The position numbers and the translations under genes are program-made. The notes beneath the pieces are model-generated. The model was given only the letters and a program-made list of their open reading frames with translations. It did not search any database and was not told where the DNA came from. Below are positions 59,728 to 64,000 of a DNA stretch of 64,000 nucleotides, in pieces. The DNA is from Desulfobia sp. (GTDB lineage Bacteria > Desulfobacterota > Desulfobulbia > Desulfobulbales > SURF-16): NCBI GenBank assembly GCA_046497465.1, contig JAWOFO010000040.1, forward strand, positions 26,715 to 90,714, given 5' to 3'. How positions within the stretch are numbered: position 1 is the first letter of the stretch; each line of letters starts with the position of its first letter.

Positions 59728-59838
59728 CTCAATTTTCCGGCTTAAGAAAAATAACAGGATTTCATGCGGTTAGCATACCAACCACTAAACACCACTGTCT
59801 AACGGGAAATTTTTACGTTGTATCATATTGATATAATA
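59728..59838 (-). repeat. Intergenic IR element, copy C (inverted orientation, one arm missing)
   Basis: CTCAATTTTCCGGCTT (59728-43) is followed by a sequence whose reverse complement matches the right two-thirds of copy A. This includes the core at 59785-59828 (reverse complement ATATGATACAACGTAAAAATTTCCCGTTAGACAGTGGTGTTTAG). The element ends at the stop of the transglutaminase-like gene. Confidence 0.75.
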
Positions 59839-59839
59839 T

Positions 59840-61360
59840 CTAATCCAGAACCTCGATCTTCAACCTGCCAAGTAGCGAGCCTATCTTAACCTGTTCTTCA
59901 AGACCTCCCTGAATGAACTTTATATGACTGAGATCAGCCGGTACCTGATTTTTAGTGCTGTCCAGACTCAACCACCTCTGATCCAGACAGACCTCGTTCC
60001 AGGCATGATAGTAAAACGCCCCGTTCTGGAAGGTAACGCCGGATGCTATCCTGGCAGGGATCCCCATACTTCTGGCCAGGGCGGCAAAAAGGACGGCATG
60101 CTCATTGCAGTCCCCTTTCCCGGCGGCCAGGGTGGTAACCGCATCCGGAATGCCGATAACCGGTTTTTTATCCAGATAGTGGTAGACCCACCCAGTAAGA
60201 GTTTTTACCTGATCAACAGGGGCCTGTTGCTCAGCAGAAATAATTTTTACTGCCTGTTCTCTGATCTTGGAATGGTCTGACTGAATATAAGGTGTGGCCT
60301 GCAGGTACTTTTTTTTATCCTTGCAGGCAGAGGCATCCTTTCCAGGAATAGATTCCTTTTTTATAGTAAGAACAACGGTGTCCGGCTGAATGGAAGATTC
60401 GTCATCCGCCTTACCGTAACCTGCCGAAGGCACGGTAAAAAACTGGCGCCCGCCCTGCAGGTTAAAGCCGACCTCCTCCGGAAGATGCAGACGGTAACGA
60501 ATCAGGGTGCTATCCTCCAGGTCGGGCATCTTTCCTATAAGGGGAGCAGAAACCGAACTCAGCAGCTCTGTATCAGCCTTCTTGATATCCTTGGCCTGAA
60601 ACTCAGGTTCGGCAATAAAGGTAAATCCGGCCGATGACTCTTCCTTAACCACGTCCCCCTTATCATCCAGCCAGCTGTTTACCCGTATACCGGCAAAAGA
60701 TTCCCGGAAACGGTGAAGATTGCGGACCCTGCCGTTAACCACCACTTTTTCTCTACCCTGATAGGTTACGGTAGTATTTTGCAGAGACAGGGTAAAGGGA
60801 TCAAAGTAAGGTATCCTGATCTTGTCCCCTTGTTCCAGGGACTCGGCCAGAAGATAAGCCCGGCGGTTAGTTGATATAAAAGGCGGGGAGTTCATCTGAA
60901 GACTGCGGCTTATGGTATCCTTGCCGGTATTTATCTCCAGATGGAGATTTTTACCATCCACCTCTCCTTCTATGGTGGTACGGTAAAAAATGGAATCAAG
61001 CCGGAAAGAGAAGCCCTTAAGAAGATATCCGGAAGTAAGGAGAGCTTCTCCCTCCAGTTTGACCGGATGTTTGCGATCAAGGATATTCAGGACAAAATAA
61101 GCCTCCTGCCTGAGATGGATATCACCTTTTTCCGTGTCAGTAAAACGATTCCTGACAAAACCGATCCGTTCATCCTGAAAATAAACCCCCAGAAAGCTCT
61201 CTTCCTTGGCCCGGGCCAGGACCTTCGCCTCCTCCACCTGCAGAGATCCCATAAAGTAATCCCGTTTCAACAAAAGGCCGAACAAGACGATCCAGATAAC
61301 AATCAGGCCGATCTTTATTGAGGTAAAAAACCTCTTTCTTCGTAATTGCCGGTTTGTCAA
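59840..61360 (-). CDS. Transglutaminase-like domain protein with an N-terminal TM anchor
   Basis: 506 aa. The transglutaminase core reads GKGDCNEHAVLFAALARSMGIPARIASG...YHAWNEV, with the Cys-His-Asp/Asn triad pattern. The start is uncertain: the only candidate before the TM helix is TTG at 61360, with no obvious Shine-Dalgarno sequence. Confidence 0.75.
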   Translation of the reverse strand: MTNRQLRRKRFFTSIKIGLIVIWIVLFGLLLKRDYFMGSLQVEEAKVLARAKEESFLGVYFQDERIGFVRNRFTDTEKGDIHLRQEAYFVLNILDRKHPVKLEGEALLTSGYLLKGFSFRLDSIFYRTTIEGEVDGKNLHLEINTGKDTISRSLQMNSPPFISTNRRAYLLAESLEQGDKIRIPYFDPFTLSLQNTTVTYQGREKVVVNGRVRNLHRFRESFAGIRVNSWLDDKGDVVKEESSAGFTFIAEPEFQAKDIKKADTELLSSVSAPLIGKMPDLEDSTLIRYRLHLPEEVGFNLQGGRQFFTVPSAGYGKADDESSIQPDTVVLTIKKESIPGKDASACKDKKKYLQATPYIQSDHSKIREQAVKIISAEQQAPVDQVKTLTGWVYHYLDKKPVIGIPDAVTTLAAGKGDCNEHAVLFAALARSMGIPARIASGVTFQNGAFYYHAWNEVCLDQRWLSLDSTKNQVPADLSHIKFIQGGLEEQVKIGSLLGRLKIEVLD

Positions 61361-61375
61361 GTTTGGATTCAGGTA

Positions 61376-61600
61376 TCAGGTGTTGCTTGAAATCAACTCT
61401 TCTATTTCACCTTCTCTGGGAAAACGCTTCAGCTTTTTTTTGGAAAAGATCTCCTTGCCATCCACCTCAATTTTATAAACCCCTCCTGAACCGGGAATCA
61501 ACTCTACGTCAGCCCCGAACTTTTCCCGGATTTCAGCTTCCAGCCCGGAAGCCTTGGGTTTATAGTTTCACTGTGCACAATAGGTGATCTCTACCTTCAT
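61376..61600 (-). CDS. selW: SelW/Rdx-family selenoprotein (in-frame UGA = selenocysteine)
   Basis: Manual translation gives MKVEITYCAQ-U-NYKPKASGLEAEIREKFGADVELIPGSGGVYKIEVDGKEIFSKKKLKRFPREGEIEELISSNT. The CxxU redox motif has its TGA at 61570-61568. A GGAGG Shine-Dalgarno sequence lies 5 nt upstream of the ATG. The gene is absent from the ORF track because of the internal TGA. Confidence 0.8.
61536..61552 (-). promoter_or_regulatory. Candidate bacterial SECIS hairpin
   Basis: On the mRNA strand the hairpin is GCUUCC-GGGCU-GGAAGC, a 6-bp stem with a G-rich apical loop. It starts 15 nt after the UGA, a position consistent with bacterial SECIS elements. Confidence 0.55.
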
Positions 61601-61648
61601 TTTTTCCTCCATATAATAAAAAATCTGACTGTAACCCGGCTTCAGCAT

Positions 61649-63787
61649 CTAGTTCAGAATATCGAGCCTGGTATAGTCCAGTCTCAGGGTTCTGGAACCG
61701 TAACGGTTGAAATGGACTCTTACCTTACCGGGCTCGTAAACAAAAGTTACCTGACCCTCTCCGAAAAAAGAATGCCTGACCCTGTCCCCTTTTTGAATAT
61801 CTTTTGCAGATGATGACAAAATGGACACATCTTTCGGTTTTGCCGAATTCAGAGGCCGTTGTTTTTCAATCTGACCTTTTATGTAGGGCTCCAGGAGGCC
61901 TCCCGGCAACTCGGCCAGAAAAGGAGTAAGAGAAAAAGAGTGTGTAAACCGGTCCCTGTTACCAGCCTGACGAGGATAGGTAAAGTAGAGGGCTGATTTT
62001 GCCCTGGTGGCGGCAACATAGAGGAGACGCCTCTCTTCTTCAAACTGGGCAGGGTCTGTTGCCGCATAGGGAGAGGGGAACCTGTTTTCAGCAAGACCTA
62101 TAATAAAAACGGTATCCCATTCCAGGCCCTTGGCAGAGTGGATAGTGGAGAGAACCAGGGTATCCGCATCTGTCTTTCTGCCAGGACTCATACCTGACTC
62201 CGGGGGATCCAGGCTGACATAATCCAGAAAAGACTGCATGTCTTCATAGTCACTGATAATAGCACGCAGGTGCTCAAGATCCTGCCTCCGGCGGGGATAA
62301 TCGTCATGATAAATCTCCTCCAGAACAGGATTATAATAATCCAGGGCAATGTCAAACTGGGCGGCAGGTTCCCGGCATAAGGAGAGTTCCCTGAGCATGG
62401 CAACCAGTCTCGCCAGGGGTTCCTGCCATGCCTTTCCTGCTTTGTATTCCGCCAGAACCTGCAGGGGATCTCCGGCGTTCTTCAATGATTCGCTTATCTT
62501 TATCGCTGTCTTGGCTCCTACCTTGGGAAGCTGCAGCAGGATACGGTTCCAGGAGAGCTGATCCTCCTGATTGACCATAACCCGGAAATAGGCAAGTATA
62601 TCTCTCATATGGGCTGATTCGGTAAGTTTGAGGCCTCCCCTTTTTTCAAAATTAATACCCTTATTATTCAACTCCAGTTCCAGTTTATAGGAATGAAAAG
62701 CAGATCGGAAAAGTACGGCAATCTCTCCCAGGGGCTTACCTTCCTGGTACAGTTCCCTTATCCGGCCTGATACAAAACCGGCCTCACTCTTCTCGTCGTC
62801 AGCCCGGTAGAGTATAGGGGGTCTCCCCTCGCTTATGGAGCTGAACAGGTTCTTGCGATATCCTTCCCGACTTGCTGTTATAATGGGATTAGTGACATCA
62901 AGTATATACTGGCTGCTGCGGTAGTTCTTTTCCAGGCGGATTATCCTGGTCTCTGAAAAATGGCGGGGAAAATCCATGATATTGTAAAAATCAGCGCCCC
63001 GGAAACTGTAAATAGACTGGCTGTCATCGCCAACCACCATAACATTACTGTGATCAGAAGCTATCAACCTGATTATCTCAGCCTGGATATGATTAGTGTC
63101 CTGATACTCATCCGCCATGATATAACGGTAGCGGCTGGAGATCTCACACCGGACTTCTTCATTATCAGCCAGTATATCCCGGAGATTGACCAGCAGATCA
63201 TCGTAGTCCATCAGGTTATGCTCCACCTTGAAATTCTCGTAGTGCTTATTTATCCGCAGGATATCAGGCAAAAATTCACTGAGATGCTCATACTGCTCAA
63301 AAACAAGGGTCTCCAGGTCCAAGGCCTTGTTAACCGAACCGCTCAGCATATTAAGTATAACCCTCTTGCCGGGAAATTTCCTGCCGCTGCCTCCCAGGTC
63401 CAGGGAAGACTTAAGGAGTTTAATTACTCCTTCTGCCTCACCCCGGTCCAGGATGGTAAAATTTGGGGGATAACCTTTATAATGGCTGTAACGGCGAAGC
63501 AATACGTTGGCCACACTGTGAAAAGTCCCTCCTGTAACACCCTGACAGGATTGATTCATCAGCATCATGGCCCTGCCGGTCATTTCCTGCGCCGCCTTAC
63601 GGGTGAAGGTAAGTAGAAGGATCTGCCCGGAAGAAATGCCCTGCTCTACCATATAGGCCATACGATAAACCAGGGTGCGGGTCTTCCCGGTCCCGGCCCC
63701 GGCGATAACCAGGACAGGTCCCTCTATGGTAGTGGCTGCCTCCTTCTGGGCAGGATTAAGCCCGGAGTCTGTTACTGATGGAATCAT
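61649..63787 (-). CDS. uvrD: UvrD/PcrA/Rep-family ATP-dependent DNA helicase
   Basis: 712 aa. Motifs: AGAGTGKTRTL (Walker A), MADEYQDTN, VGDDSQSIYSFRGA, IHSAKGLEWDTVF and YVAATRAK. Confidence 0.9.
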   Translation of the reverse strand: MIPSVTDSGLNPAQKEAATTIEGPVLVIAGAGTGKTRTLVYRMAYMVEQGISSGQILLLTFTRKAAQEMTGRAMMLMNQSCQGVTGGTFHSVANVLLRRYSHYKGYPPNFTILDRGEAEGVIKLLKSSLDLGGSGRKFPGKRVILNMLSGSVNKALDLETLVFEQYEHLSEFLPDILRINKHYENFKVEHNLMDYDDLLVNLRDILADNEEVRCEISSRYRYIMADEYQDTNHIQAEIIRLIASDHSNVMVVGDDSQSIYSFRGADFYNIMDFPRHFSETRIIRLEKNYRSSQYILDVTNPIITASREGYRKNLFSSISEGRPPILYRADDEKSEAGFVSGRIRELYQEGKPLGEIAVLFRSAFHSYKLELELNNKGINFEKRGGLKLTESAHMRDILAYFRVMVNQEDQLSWNRILLQLPKVGAKTAIKISESLKNAGDPLQVLAEYKAGKAWQEPLARLVAMLRELSLCREPAAQFDIALDYYNPVLEEIYHDDYPRRRQDLEHLRAIISDYEDMQSFLDYVSLDPPESGMSPGRKTDADTLVLSTIHSAKGLEWDTVFIIGLAENRFPSPYAATDPAQFEEERRLLYVAATRAKSALYFTYPRQAGNRDRFTHSFSLTPFLAELPGGLLEPYIKGQIEKQRPLNSAKPKDVSILSSSAKDIQKGDRVRHSFFGEGQVTFVYEPGKVRVHFNRYGSRTLRLDYTRLDILN

Positions 63788-63824
63788 AATATGTTATAAT
63801 GACAATCATTCTAAATCTTAAAAA

Positions 63825-63893
63825 CTCAACTTCCCGACTTAATTTTTTTATATGATATAGCGTGAAAATTTACCGTCAAACAGTGGTATTTAG
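63825..63893 (+). repeat. Intergenic IR element, copy D (left arm plus core; the right end is not identifiable or lies beyond the window)
   Basis: CTCAACTTCCCGACTT lies at 63825-40, and the core ATATGATATAGCGTGAAAATTTACCGTCAAACAGTGGTATTTAG at 63850-93. It sits 38 nt upstream of the uvrD ATG. Confidence 0.7.
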
Positions 63894-64000
63894 CGGTGGA
63901 TATGTCTATTCAGGAACATTGTGCAGTGTTTGTTAGTGGCTTTTGGCGAAGCGAAACGTTAAAAATTTCAACTGTCCGAGCGAGGTACGAGTGAGTTTTG

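Noticed and set aside
10687-63893. Whether the dispersed repeats could be a CRISPR array or its remnants.
   Set aside because: The copies are tens of kb apart, differ in length and orientation, and have no regular repeat-spacer periodicity. No cas genes are present in the window.

Overview
This 64-kb window looks like a chromosomal segment from an anaerobe. Gene content suggests a Desulfobacterota-like organism, but that is inference only: hydrogenase maturation genes, formate-THF ligase, an FmdE-like protein, ThyX and a UGA-encoded SelW-like selenoprotein. I support about 50 protein-coding genes and find no rRNA, tRNA or CRISPR array. Most genes are housekeeping: gmhA-like, nadC, glgP, a CCA-type nucleotidyltransferase, hypB/hypA plus a hydrogenase protease, fhs, thyX, nifS-like, uvrC, parC/parE, pepF, an AsmA/YhdP-like giant, glpQ-like, coaBC, tatD, yggS, an ABC exporter and uvrD. 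The stand-out block is 20.3-33.5 kb. It is a type IV pilus minor-pilin operon ordered FimT/GspH-like, PilW-like, PilV-like, PilX-like, then a giant vWA-PilY1-like protein. A second, diverged PilX-like plus vWA-PilY1-like pair follows, and an MNT/HEPN toxin-antitoxin pair sits inside the operon. Other notable items: (1) a 100-116-bp inverted-repeat element with a conserved 44-nt core, in 4 copies plus 1 partial copy, always next to the start of a minus-strand gene; (2) a SelW/Rdx-family selenoprotein gene with an in-frame TGA and a downstream hairpin, absent from the ORF track; (3) an overlapping pair of an SNF2 helicase and an unknown protein ending in a 4-Cys zinc ribbon; (4) a decayed GAF-GAF-cyclase pseudogene bracketed by ~67-bp direct repeats; (5) a frameshifted ISL3 transposase relic; (6) a ~140-bp nested-hairpin palindromic element. 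All product calls rest on motif recognition by eye, because no database search was possible.
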